Assembly: GCA_904063045.1 (NCBI GenBank)
Contig: CAJFCJ010000061.1
Location: 24,186 to 88,185 of the forward strand
Length of the DNA: 64,000 nucleotides
Direction: 5' to 3'
DNA from: Dimorphilus gyrociliatus
Lineage: Eukaryota > Animalia > Annelida
Notes under the pieces: model-generated
The model's database searches: none
Seen by the model: only the letters and a program-made list of their open reading frames with translations
What the model was told of the DNA's origin: nothing
Shown here: piece by piece, positions 49,400 through 62,059 of the stretch
Layout: each line of letters begins with the position of its first letter
Numbering within the stretch: position 1 is the first letter of the stretch
Position numbers and translations under genes: made by a program

Positions 49400-49535
49400 A
49401 AACAACTTCATAATTCATCAAATACTTTCGAAAAATATTAATTTTTCAAATTGTTCTTTAAACATGGAAGATTGTAAAGACATTGGAAATCTTTTTAAAA
49501 ATTGTTCCAAATATTGGGAGTTTTTTAACTTGTGA
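49400..49535 (+). pseudogene. LRR fragment paralogous to RING-LRR 36185
   Basis: NINFSNCSLNMEDCKDIGNLFKNCSK. Confidence 0.6.
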
Positions 49536-49544
49536 AAAATTGTG

Positions 49545-49760
49545 AATTTCTGAAGTACAGGTTCTTTTCACCCTTGTTGAGATTTTGTTTTTGGTTAGGT
49601 TAGAGATACAGGCTGATAGCTTAGGCTAGAATCTGCTACTTAAGACAGTAATTAGTTCCTAATAGCTACACCAACCCTAAGTCTAGCAAGCTTATAATGT
49701 GAGTGCATTTGGGAAATTACCAGTCCTTAGTGATTGTGCTAATTAGACCCCTAACTCTAA
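49545..49760. repeat. Dispersed repeat homologous to 42280-42510
   Basis: Shared TACAGGTTCT(C/T)TTCACC, GCTTAGGCT, CACCAACCCT, ATTACCAGTC..GATTGTGCTAAT..CCCTAA. Confidence 0.75.
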
Positions 49761-50321
49761 AAGAAAACAAGAGAGAATTTTGCAATGTTTGTTCTTTGTA
49801 TTGAGTGAATGTTTACATTTTTAAACTCTCATTCTCTTCTGCAATAGCTTTCTACAAACTTGTCCATATGAAAGAATATCTTTCTTGTCTAAATCATTTC
49901 TTAAAGGTAGAAGAACAACTGGTTTGATATAGAATTTTTTTCTAAATGAATTTAAATGCTGTTATATTTAAAAAAAGAAATATTATTTAAAAGAGACAAT
50001 AATTTTTTCATTATTAACTTTATATATGATCATAGATTCATTGAACTCTCCATTTAGTGTAAAACTATTACTATGGCAATACTGTATTCCTTTGATAGAA
50101 CAATAGAATATGTTTAATATTTTATTAATATAAGAAACATTTTCTATCCAATCAGCACGTTGAAAACGATGATAACAATTCTTACATTCAAAAATACAGT
50201 TGCAAAATGTAATGTTATTCAAAGGAGAATTTTTCATAAAACTACCAGCTTGAAATTGTCTTTTTGTTTGTAAAAACTATTTAGACTAAAATAAACTTAC
50301 CGGAAGTTCTTACTTGACTAG

Positions 50322-53300
50322 CTAATAGTTCGTCTGCTTTAAGTCTAAGGAAAACACAGTGGAATAATAATTTGAGGAAAAAAGAGATTGAAAATTAAAA
50401 GACCTTTCTTTTAAGGCATTAACTCTTTTTAATTTAGTCATTTTAAAAAATTGAGAGGAATTGTGAAAAAATGGATTAAGAACAGAATTAATTGGTATAA
50501 AGATAAGGATAATTAATGAATAGATATCATTACTCATCTCAATATGAATAATATTTGATTAAATACCTATATAAACAAACAATTATTATAAATTTGAACA
50601 AAATGGAGTCTCACACCAAGCAGAGATATTGGTATTGAGCATAATAGATTTGTTGTTATTATTAAATAAATCTTTTTTGATAATGATTTCCTACCAAAAG
50701 TAACAGTTTTATTATCAAACATTTCCAAGTTTCTATTCACAGCTGTTATTATTTTAATATAACAAAATGTGCTTAAGAGCGATATTACAAAGATATATAA
50801 TCCAAAAATTGTAAAAGAATATAATGTCTCATTTCCCAGTTCACTTCTTATGTGTAATTTGAAACAGATGGGTGAGTTATTGAAATAATCCTTTAGGGAA
50901 AGAGAGAAGAAATAGTGGACATATATATATATATATATAGTTTTTTAAAAATAATTTTAATACCTTGAAGTAATAAACTGGAAATGCACCTAGACAACCA
51001 TTTAGAATGATGTTTCCAACAGTTATTCCAATCATCATATTACCCTTTTTAAATATATTTTTCATATTGTAGAAAATTCCTAAATACCTTTGAAGACTTA
51101 TCCAAAGGAGGCTTGTAGTAGAAGATAATAGAGAAAAATCCAATTATTTTACAAGTATAGCCAGTTGTCCACTCTTCTTCATACTCAAAAAATCTACCCT
51201 CATAATAGACATTTGACACTGCTATGGAGATTAAATAGACACTTGTTATCATATCAGAAAATGACATTGATAAATAGAATGTATTGCTCCAATTATTCAT
51301 TGCAGTAATATATAGATAAATGCAAATAGAATTCATTATCATTCCCAAAAGTCCAAATATCCATATAAGAATATTGAAAAGAAGTGAAGCTAGTAAATCT
51401 GAACATGTATTAAATACTGAAGAATTAGGAGTACAATCCTTAATTGATTTTGCATATTTCCAGGCAAAACAACATAATCTATAATATTCACTTTTTATCA
51501 CTTCAACTTTTTCAAGATTTTCAATTAAAAGTTTCATATGATGACCTTTGGATAATTTTGTTAAAGTTAAATCAAGAGTTTTGATATTAGCTATTCCGAA
51601 TATTTGCTCCTCAACACTATCCAATTGACAGCCCTTTATACTCAAAAATGTCAAATGCTTTAACCTGAACAATGATCTAAATTCTAGAGAAGTGATTTTT
51701 GTAAATGAAATATCAAGTTTTCTTAAAAATTCATAAGTGCTAAAACTAGGTAGCCTGTCAATAGGATTATGAGAAATGTCAAAAGCTTGCAACATTGGAT
51801 TTCTCTTTTGTAATACTAAAAGTGGATTATTTATTTGATTTCTTGTTAAATTTAATAACACTAGATTTGGTGTGGAGAGATTTTTGAAGACATTATCTAG
51901 TTTTGAATTTTGAATTTTTATGTCAGCTAACTCCAATGATTCCATTGAACCAGTTAATTGGAAAAAGTTTTCAATGTGCATTCTTTTAAGTTTGAGTGAA
52001 GAAACCTTTCCAAAATCAAATACTTTATGCATTTTTTCGGATGATTGACAATAAATCTCATATGCTAGAGGACAAGAACAAAAAGATGGGCATGAATTGT
52101 TAGCTTGAATGCAGAAAATTTCATCATTTCCTTCTCGACAGTTGATTATTCCGTCGCAAATGCTACTGATACTGATATATTTATTTTGTCGTTCGCATTT
52201 AAAAAACCCTTTAGGTTTGTAATTATCTAGAGGAATTGGGGACAAAAAGGCAAAAAAACAAAAACAAAAAACAAACAAACAAACAAAATATCTACCACAA
52301 TTGATTTCATCATCATTATACCAACAATGATTAATGCCATCACAAACTTGCTCAATTGATATACAATAATGCGATGTTTTGCATAAAAGCTCACCAATTT
52401 TACAGAAATGTTTAAAACAGTTGGATATTAACCCATGTGGTTTTCTCACGTTTGTTCGTAAATTACCCATAGAGTCATATATTATGTTGCATCTGTTACT
52501 TGATTCCTCTCGTTTACGTATTCTTCAAGATAGAAATTTATATATTCATTAAAAAAAATGATACTCGAGGAGAATGTCCTGATTATTCAAAAAAATTATT
52601 TGGCTTATTATAGGCTTAATTAATCTCCTATTAGATTATGAGTTTTGAATCTTAGATAACTACTCAATTACCTATATTATATACTATTTTACTTTACTAC
52701 ATGTTTACTGATTCTAGCTATGGTAAACCATAAATTTAAAAAAAATAAAGATTTATACAAATCAATTCTGTATTCAATTCCTTGAGAACAAATACTGCTA
52801 TCTTCATCACTTCCATCCATACAATCTGTTACATAATCGCATTCCAAATTCTTTAATACACATACATTATCGCATAAAATATGAGTTTTTCTACTACATC
52901 CTTTTTTTTTTAAATTTTCAAAATTACAAAAATTACCCTACAAACATTTCAATTTCATTTTAAATCTATTTACCAAATTCTTGTAAATGTGTTGATTTTT
53001 GATTTGAAAATAAATGACACTGCTCATCACTTCCATCAAAACAGTTTTTTTCAGAATTACAAATGTTTTCTTCAGTAATACATTCCATATTTTTACAATG
53101 TCTACATTTATGAGATTTTGTTGATTTTATTTAATGGAAAAATGGAAAAAATACTTTTCTTGTAGTGAACATGGTTTCTTAACTAATTCAAAAAAAGAAA
53201 ATTAAGTTTTGTTTTGTTCTTAAACAAAAAAAAAACAACTTACTGCAATGATTTTCATCTGATCCATCAGAACAATCTGCTTTATAATTGCACACTTGTT

Positions 53301-56300
53301 GATATGGAATTACACTTTTATTATCATTGCAAAAATATTGTGATGCTTCAGTACAATTTTCTTCATCTTCTCCCGAGAAACAATCAGTATGACCATTACA
53401 GATCTCTAGTAAAGAAATGCAAATATTATCCTTAGTGCAATGAAAGCTTGAAATGTGTGGACATGGATTTGAAAGGTTGAAATGAACATTGAAAATGGAT
53501 TGTTGTACAATAGATGGTTCTAAAAAAAAATTCATAAAACTCAATAAAATAATTTGAAAGAATATTCTTGATTTCGAATTACTTAAAAGTTTTTGACAAA
53601 ATAGAGAAGTCTTTAAATTTTTCCTACATGAGATTGCCATTTTGATATAAAATGTCATTAAAATTGGTCTATTTCTGTTCAACCGCTTGATAATAAAACA
53701 TTGAGAAGAAGGTTCATTTTGTATTAATTGTCCATTAATTATATATCTGACAAATGCGCTATTTTTTGGGCTATTTGTAATAATTAATATAATTATTCAA
53801 CTAAATTGAATAAATGAATCAATGAGTAAGTATGCTCTGTAATATGATGGTGATATGTATGAATTCCAGATAAGAAATTTGAGTATAGATGTGTTGGAGA
53901 GAGAAGAATATTTGTTTTATTACTAGATTTATCATTCAATAATTTCAAAGCTAAATTAACACTTGTGAATAAAATATTGATTTTCTTTGATAATTAAATT
54001 TTTAGAGTTAACACCAATGTAAGAAAATTTCCATGAAAATTGGATGTAAATTTGGTTAGTTTAAAAATAATGGAAATGTTTTTAAATGGACATTTTCTTA
54101 CTAATTCAATAACTTTTTTTTATTCACCAGTTGGAATTATCAAGTAATCATTTCCTTTTGAATTCAAAGAAGATAGAGACTTGATTGATTTGAAATTAGA
54201 AATTTTTAATATATACAATCTCAATAGTAATAAAAAATCATAGATGATAATTTCAAAATTCAATGGCTCATCAATCATTTCTAAATTTTTTTTTGAACAA
54301 CTTTCTTTCATATTTTGAACAGAAGATTTATGTTGTTGATGATAAATATAATAGCAAACATCTAATATCTTGTAAGCATTTTCCAAATATGGACATTCTT
54401 TTCTCCAAATAAAAATATATAATTTGTAAAATGAGTATATTTTTGCTTAAATTACCCCATTTCTCTCTTCCCTCACTACTACCCTTCCCAAAAATAGTAG
54501 CCTTACCTTCTGATTTCATCATCTTACATTGGATTTTTATATTTTCATTAATTTTATCCAATAGAAAAAGAGATCTATTGAAATAGACAAACATGACTGT
54601 AATTGATTAATTTCACCTTGTTAATTATTTAAAAAACCTACAATAACTTTAAATGTGTCTCTGACATAGTTTTATATAAACATTGTTCTATAGAAATACT
54701 TTGATTTGGACAAACTAAATCATAAAAGGCTAAGGCATTCATTGTTGGTTTTAAATTTTCATTTTCAGAAAACAATGTTCCAGATTCAAATCCAAAATGT
54801 TTACAAATTAAATTTGCTTCTTGATGATTGATTGTAATTTGATTAACTGGCCACCATACTCCATATTTAAATATTTCAAAAACTCCAATGCTATGTGATA
54901 ATGATTTTCTTGTATTTCTATAAATATAACCATTTTCTTTATCATAAATTCTTTGTTTGTGATCTATTCATTTTAAAGAGAAAATAGAGAGTTTTGTCAA
55001 ATAAGCATTTATTCAATTCAAATTTCTTTATTCAAAACCTTTTAGAAAGTGAACTTTTTGTGGAATTTCTTCACAAAGTATACTTATCAATTTGACAACT
55101 ACGACATATCTTCGAATTGAACAAAGGTATCTTGAATCGTTTAATTTATTACAGAATGAATAGATCCGGTAATGAATTTGATTTGTCTGAAAATCAATAG
55201 ATCAATAATTGAGATTTTATAATTTTAAGCAAGATTTTGTAGGTGTTTTGATTAATTGATTGAAAATGTGTTACTAATGTAGGATATGGCCCAGAATCTA
55301 TTCTGGACTTACTTACTGGCACAATAACTTGAACTTGATGAAATAAGCTACTACAAATATCTACATTCTTTAATAAAAGATAGTATAAGAAATATGAAAA
55401 TGTTTCTCAAATTTTCAATATTTACTAGGTCACCAAGTTTAGAGTCTCTTGACCAGTTACGGGCTGAGAGTACTTTATTTTGTCTAATACATGTTTCATT
55501 AAATGCTTCAAGGTCAAACTCTGAAGTGTCTTTAGAATGATTAATAAATCTTGTAAAATATGATTTCTCAAGTGTATGTTTTAAAGAATCTTTATGAGGA
55601 GAATACGTCACGTTTCTGCCATTTCCTGTTGACATTTAGAAATTTATATATATATATATATATCCAATTTTTTACTATCAGCAGAAAACATCCATAACTT
55701 GACAAACTTTGAATTTAAAGTTTTAATTAAGTTTTTGAGTTTGGAATCATTGTTTTGTTGTTGTTTTTGTTAATTTCTTACATCTTAACTAGCATTTATT
55801 ATAAAATTAAAGCTAAGGGTCAGAGTTAAAGGTAAAAACTTCAAAAATTTAATATAACGTTTTCTGTTGCACATAAAAATCAGTTTTATCTTACTAATTA
55901 TGTCACCAAAATAACAAATAATAGTTTCAAAATGTTGATTTTGAGAAATTTTCATTTCTATTGAATCTCCAATGATATTAGTTATTTTAATAAGTTGATT
56001 TGAATAGAAATAAGTGGAATGATGCAAAAAATTTGCATTTTTACAAATATCCTCTCTAAGATGTGTTTTATCCATTCTAAAAAGCATATTTTTATATCTC
56101 AAATGACATTCAAATACTGATAGACTTTTAGAAAATGGTGTTACATAGAAATCTGTTTTAAAAGAAAGTAAACAAAAGTAAGATAGGCCTATGGAATACT
56201 TATAAAAATAGCATACACGGAGCACTTGTTTTAAAACACTTAATGCAACAAAATTCAATATTTTCATTTTCTTTTTTTTCTTTTAATGCTCTAATAATTG

Positions 56301-56788
56301 ATTTTTAAGAAAAAGAAAAAAGAGGTTATGTTTTTTATTGGAATAATAAGAAAAAGACTAACAAATGGCAGCATTTTTGTTGTTTTTCTATTACTGAGTA
56401 GTAATTTTCAGATGAATCTTTTCAATTTAAAATATGCAAAAAATATATACATTTATGAAATAGAAATATTAATACATAATTTATAAAATAATACAAAACT
56501 GGTATTTTGAGGACAAGTAAAATATTCATGATAGATTGAATCATAATTAAAATCTGAGCAAAGTTTGTTAAAATATTTATTCATAATACATTGTTCCATT
56601 TTTAAAGAGGCTTTAATGTTATATTTTGAATGATAAACTAATATTTTTCCTATTATATAAATTGTATGATTTTCAATAATTTCCAATTTTATATTTTTAT
56701 TAAATCCATCAGTGAAAGTAGTAATAGAAAAAAGAAATATATAAAAGAAGTTGGATATTTTTACAAAGGATATCATCATCATCATCAT
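50322..56788 (-). CDS. Large multi-exon LDLa/SRCR-LRR-7TM GPCR (GRL101/LGR type C2-like)
   Basis: Signal-like exon 56453-56788. SRCR exon ~54650-54965 (GVFEIFKYGVWW..EANLICKHFGF..DLVCP..EQC). Multiple LDLa repeats (ICNGHTDCFSGEDEENC, VCDGINHCWYNDDEINC). LRRs, hinge LCCFAW..CTP, TM1 GLLGMIMN, TM7 IPINSVLNPFF. Exon boundaries are approximate. Confidence 0.82.
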
Positions 56789-57598
56789 CAGTATGGATGT
56801 TTTTAAAAATCCTTTAAGATTTCAATATATAAATATATATATATATATATAAAATGAAATACATTTTAATAATTATTTTCTCTAATTAGCAAAAAAAAAG
56901 AACCTGTATTATTGTCCATTAATCAAAAAAACCTTTTATTAGAATGTAACTGATACTTTTAAAGGTATTTTTGTTATTGAAAATTGTAACATCTTCCTTT
57001 TTCTTCTTTTTCCTCCCCTTTGTTTTTAGCTAGAGAATAGTTGAAAGAGAGTTTTTGGTGTATTCTGTTGTTTAATACTAGTTTGGTGCATATCTCTATA
57101 TGGATGTCATAAGATGTCCATCCATATTTATCTTTCTCAAACATTGTCTTTCAATTCTTCTATCTCTAAAAAAATAATTCTTACACATGTATTGAAGATA
57201 TATAGATTGAAACAGGAGCAAAAACACTTTTCACACTCAGATATATACGGTATACAGTGCTGAAACAAGTTTTGTTCTGTACAGGCGACTTTTCTTTTAT
57301 AAGGGCTATTTTGAAGGGTAATCAATGGGATTTTTTTAGAAAAAATTTGACTACTGTGCAGAAATTTTGTCTAGTCTTATAAGAAATTTTCAGATGCTTT
57401 CTACCTCTTCTAGTTAGAGAGAGGTTGGTGTTGCATTTCATCATTTTTCTTGATCACAAGATTCTTAACATTTTATATTTAATATTTATAATAACAAAAT
57501 AACTAATATATGAAAATTGACAACAGGTGAGAAATTTAACATAGAAAAGTGGATACAAGTGTTAGTTTAAGATGTCTATTTGAATGCCAATCAGGATG

Positions 57599-57780
57599 TC
57601 AACTGAATGTTGAAAATTGAAAGGGAAAAAATTTGAAATCTATTGTCAAATGATTAAGATTTGATATGGAGAAATCAATCAAATCAACTTTTATAAAATT
57701 GAATTGTAAATTCCGTTCAACATCTTGTCTACCATAAAATCTTTTACTACAGTTAATACAAACTGGTGCCATTACTAAGT
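57599..57780 (-). pseudogene. Possible MULE PHD first-exon remnant
   Basis: MAPVCINCSKRFYGRQ resembles MDKCSICNDKFVGRQ and MAVKCKNCKLVVHGRQ; the rest is unrelated. Confidence 0.3.
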
Positions 57781-58852
57781 TTCTGCAAAAAATATTCACT
57801 TTCAAATATGGCTGACAAACACAAAAGTTATATCTATTAGAATACTTACCAGTCTATCTCATTATTCTTTATGTAAATTATTTCATATGGTTGTATTGCA
57901 AGTTTGTACAATTTCTTTGTTATCCTGCTCTCCGGCTATCTCTTTCGTTATAGGAAATTTCTAACCATTATCCTCTGACAAAAACAGTTTAAGAAGGGTA
58001 ACCACTTGTGGATATGAGAAATCCGATAGTACATAATTAATTCTATACTATTCACTCAATTAGAGATGGAAATTAATCAGAACCAATAAGCAAGTTCAAA
58101 ACTAGGTCAATACTGCCTACCTTTGTCAATGCTGTCTGCATTTGAGTGATTAACAAAAATGGTTATAAAATTGTTCAAATTTTATAAATATGAATCATTG
58201 TTGGATGTCAGCTTGAGTCAGTACGATTGTATGTGAAAGAGAAGGAGTGAGTGTGTAACATGTTTTCAGGGTAAATGATTTGGATTTATATCATTATTGG
58301 TCAGCTTGAATTGATTCCATGTTACACAAGTCAAGCTAAATCAAAAATGTGGCATCACAGATGAGTAGAGTCGAGTACCCCAGTTAAACAACACAAGCAG
58401 ACGACAAGATAAGAATTAATTGGTTGCTTGAGGTAAATGATATTTTGAAACCTTTGAAGATAATCAACTATCTATTTAAAAGAATTAAGTAGCATATTAC
58501 ATATTACATGTACCTTATGACATGGAATTGATTCAAATTTTAAGAATTTAAAATAATTTATTGAACAACTGACAAACCTTCTATATAATCAATTTGTTCA
58601 AAGAAGCAGAATGCTAGCACTACTTGCAAATTTAGATCCTCAACTGACCTCTATTGCCAAATCAGTTTGGAATGCACGGTGGTTGAATGGGAGAATTAGC
58701 TATAGCTAAGCAATGTTCTCAACAACAAATGTTCTCAACAAGCTAGTTTTCCAAGAACAACCAATCACTTATGTTCTAAAGCAAGTCAATAAAGAAAGAT
58801 GCTGGATAAACATCAGGCAATCAGTTTACTGAATAGAACCAATCCATTGGTG

Positions 58853-59047
58853 GGGGCCGACAGAAAACATTCCCAAGTGAGATTTTTGAGAGCAAGATTT
58901 CGGATTAAAAAATGGTTAGCAGGAGTAAAGTAGCTTTTGATTTGTAGTTAGAGGGGTTCCATCTAAGGGTTACGGGTAATCAAAAAGGTTAGAGAGAGAC
59001 AAGGGTTAGGGTTAAACCTTGCATTTGGGGACATTTTCTGTCGTATT
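58853..59047. mobile_element. Copy of the 207-bp MITE family (inverted relative to 33618)
   Basis: GGGGCCGACAGAAAACATTCCCAAGTGAG..GGGTTAGGGTTAAACC..GGGACATTTTCTGTCGT; partial TSD ATTGGTG on both sides. Confidence 0.85.
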
Positions 59048-59294
59048 GGTGTTATTTAATAGAGTTTTTAAAAAAAAAATAAAGAATTGAGGTCTTTTAA
59101 CAGCTCAGAATAAACTAGCCTAAGACTTAAGACTAGAAATAAATATATTATAATCAATTTTAGAGAATATTTGACAAATCAATAAAGATAGCATAATATG
59201 TAGGTCAAAAATCTTTTGCATATCTTGTAAAAATTTCACTCCATTTTACACTTAAAAATACCAATGTAATAATCAAAATTTTGATAGAGATAAT

Positions 59295-60408
59295 TCAAAT
59301 GTTAGAAGCCCTACCATCATCTTCGTCTACGAAAATAAGTTGTTACAGCAATAATTTCATATTTGCTGTAAGAAAAGAAGTTAGAATAGTATAAACTTTG
59401 AAAAGGTATTTTTTAATTACTGTTTTTTACAGCAAACACCACTAACAATAAGTATTACTGTAACAACTGAGACTGCTATAACTGTTTTTTGAAAAAGAAA
59501 AATAAACATTAGGAATTATTTTCATTATCATCATTTTTAAAAAACAAACTTACTAATTATTTTGGCATTATTCCTTTGATCTTTTGATATTGGGTCAACT
59601 ACAGAAGTAATAAGGGAAAAGTCAAAATAAAAAATTAGGTAATATGTGGTCACGAAAATTCACTTCCACTCTTAATAATCTTAGGCCTATATTACAGTTT
59701 CTCAAAAATGCTGCTCTTTTTAGATAAGATAAGATAAAAATATATATTCATGAACTGTTATCTATTTGAGTAGAGATAACTCAATCTAAATAGAATGACA
59801 AACCAGTTGTTGGTGTGTAGCTTCTTCCACAGGGTAATGGTGTTTCGTATTGACTGTAACAACTGTTCCGGTATACATTAAAAACCTGTCCTATTTAAAA
59901 AAAATACTGAGTTGTGTAAACTTTTTCCAGTTTCTAGCATTTTACATACCATTTAAACAGTAGCGTGTCCCTACATTTCTATAGGCATAGCAGACAAACA
60001 TTGTTCTGCACGTATCACCAACATTAGGATAATATCCATTGAGTAGAGTTCTGCAATTTCTGTTTCGTCCACAGGGAGGAGGACTAACTTGAAAACTGTA
60101 AGAGAATTTAGGGTGTTTAGGAAAGGGTTAACAGCCTACCCGTCACACTTCCTCTTCATATGATTATAAACTGTTGGTGAGGAACAGAAAACTGGAATTT
60201 CACGTCTGTTATAGCATTGTACATAAAAACTGCAATTTTGACGTAAATGAACTCCATTTGGTTTGTTATAGCAAACATTAGTTGCAAGGGAAGAAACTAT
60301 AAAACAAAACAAAAATAATATTGAAATTTAACTGATACTACTCACTTGAAAATATTATAATTTACCAAAAAATGATAAAGACATTGAAATCACCATCTTC
60401 ATCATCAT
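59295..60408 (-). CDS. Spliced protein with signal peptide, two CBM14 (peritrophin-A chitin-binding) domains and a probable C-terminal TM
   Basis: Phase-consistent GT-AG splicing gives MMMKMVISMSLSFFVSSLATNVCYNKPNGVHLRQNCSFYVQCYN..FCSSPTVYN..KCDGFQVSPPPCG..NCRTLLNGYYPNVGDTCRTMFVC..YCLNGQVFNVYRNSC..PCG. Further phase-1 exons give VDPISKDQRNNAKII and IIAVSVVTVILIVSGVCC. The last exon is less certain. Confidence 0.8.
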
Positions 60409-61159
60409 TTTATAATTCCCTAATAAAAGAAAATTCAATTAATCAAATGTTTGATGCTCTCTATTTCAGTTGAGAGATGAAATGTTGGTCATGTTTGAAT
60501 TATTCTGTCATTTTTATATTATGTAATATATTCTATATCTAATTGCAGTATTTTGTTATTGGCTAGAGATAACACGCCAAAAAGAGAGATAACAAATTTA
60601 CTTTCTTTGGAATAACTTTTAATTAATGATTATTTACTTCCTTAATTACGAATAAGCCTGTGTTAAAACACCAAAAAGAAGTATTACTAAATTGTGAATG
60701 GTACCTCACCACACTTTCACATACTATTAAAAGTGAATTTTTTATTTAGACTCACCCACATTTATCATAATTTGAGCAATATTTTTGGTATATATCCAAA
60801 GATTGTATTGCATCTAACCTATCACGGTTTATAGAGAAAACACCTACAGAAGAAAATGTCCACAACTGAGGAGAAAACATCTACATTAATTTTTTTTTTG
60901 AAAAATGGTTTAGAGATATTATTCAAAATGTTGAATCACTTCTGAACTGATTGCCATATATCATTAGAGATGATGAAATGATGATTTCTAACATTTTCTT
61001 CTGCTTATTTACTGAAAAAATATATCTATCAGTATAATATTGATGATGAAAGGGAATTTTACTTAAATGAGGTATTTAAAAATTAAATATAACAAGAAAA
61101 TAATCAAAAAGAATTGACAATAATTTTTCAAACAGATTAATTTTACTAATTTTGATAGA

Positions 61160-62059
61160 ATGAAATTATATGTTTTATGTTTGCCACAAAATGGATTGGC
61201 TAATACGATAAGGTCATTAGTAGCTTGTAATATTCTATCTGAAATCTTAAATAGAACAGTATTGATTTATTCAAATATTCCAAAAGAAGACTGCTCCATG
61301 GATACATATTTTAGTTTTAACTCAATTCAAGTTATTGAGACACATGCATTGGGAAATTATACACCTAATATTTATTCATTTTTTTATTGTAATGTATCCA
61401 TTATTGAAGAATTAATGGATAATAAGGACACAATTTTTGCTGTGAAAAGTGGCAATTTTTTTTTAAGAAGAGAAACATTGGTTAAACTTAAACTTAAAAC
61501 TGAAAAATTCAAGAAATGTGGAACAAATAAAGCTATATTTTTACCATACTTTAAGAAATTGTTTAAACCAAAGGGATTACTTTTAAAAAGGCTTCAGATA
61601 CATAAAAAACATTTTGAGAAGTATAAAACTGTCAAATGTATTCAAATAAGAACTGGATGGACAGAATATTATCACAAAAGGAAATGGACTGAAAAATGCA
61701 TTCAAGAAGCATTAAACATCGAAAATATTACCTCTGTTGAAAGAGATAATTCATCAATTTTATTCATGACACTGGACAGTCCTATCCTGAAACATTATAT
61801 AAAGAGCATCAATAAATATCCAATATATTTTGTGGAAGGCACACCAAGTCACTTCAGGGATAAAAATATCTCTTGCCAATTAATATTAAATATATACCTA
61901 GAATTTTTTCTCTTGGGACAGTGTAATGAAGCCTTAGTAAGTGATAGTTCAACATTTGGAATGTATGGAATTACAAGAAGTTTGGCTAGTAATAGTGTTT
62001 TCATAATGAAATGTGTTAGAAGTCAATTATTAATAAGACAAAGAAGATCTTGGGCATAA
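61160..62059 (+). CDS. GDP-fucose-dependent fucosyltransferase-like protein (GT-B; FUT8/NodZ/GT37-type motifs)
   Basis: NGLANTIRSL, motif I VKCIQIRTG, motif II LFMTLDS, motif III EFFLLGQCNEALVSDSSTFG. An AG acceptor precedes the ORF, so an upstream TM exon may exist. Confidence 0.72.
   Translation: MKLYVLCLPQNGLANTIRSLVACNILSEILNRTVLIYSNIPKEDCSMDTYFSFNSIQVIETHALGNYTPNIYSFFYCNVSIIEELMDNKDTIFAVKSGNFFLRRETLVKLKLKTEKFKKCGTNKAIFLPYFKKLFKPKGLLLKRLQIHKKHFEKYKTVKCIQIRTGWTEYYHKRKWTEKCIQEALNIENITSVERDNSSILFMTLDSPILKHYIKSINKYPIYFVEGTPSHFRDKNISCQLILNIYLEFFLLGQCNEALVSDSSTFGMYGITRSLASNSVFIMKCVRSQLLIRQRRSWA

Noticed and set aside
49983-50290. C-type-lectin-like start (NCYHRFQRADW) downstream of the GPCR
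   Set aside because: The remaining CTLD cysteines and the WIGL motif were not found.
50921-50940. (TA)n microsatellites (also ~39930, ~55650, ~56835)
   Set aside because: Ordinary short simple repeats, mostly intronic or intergenic.
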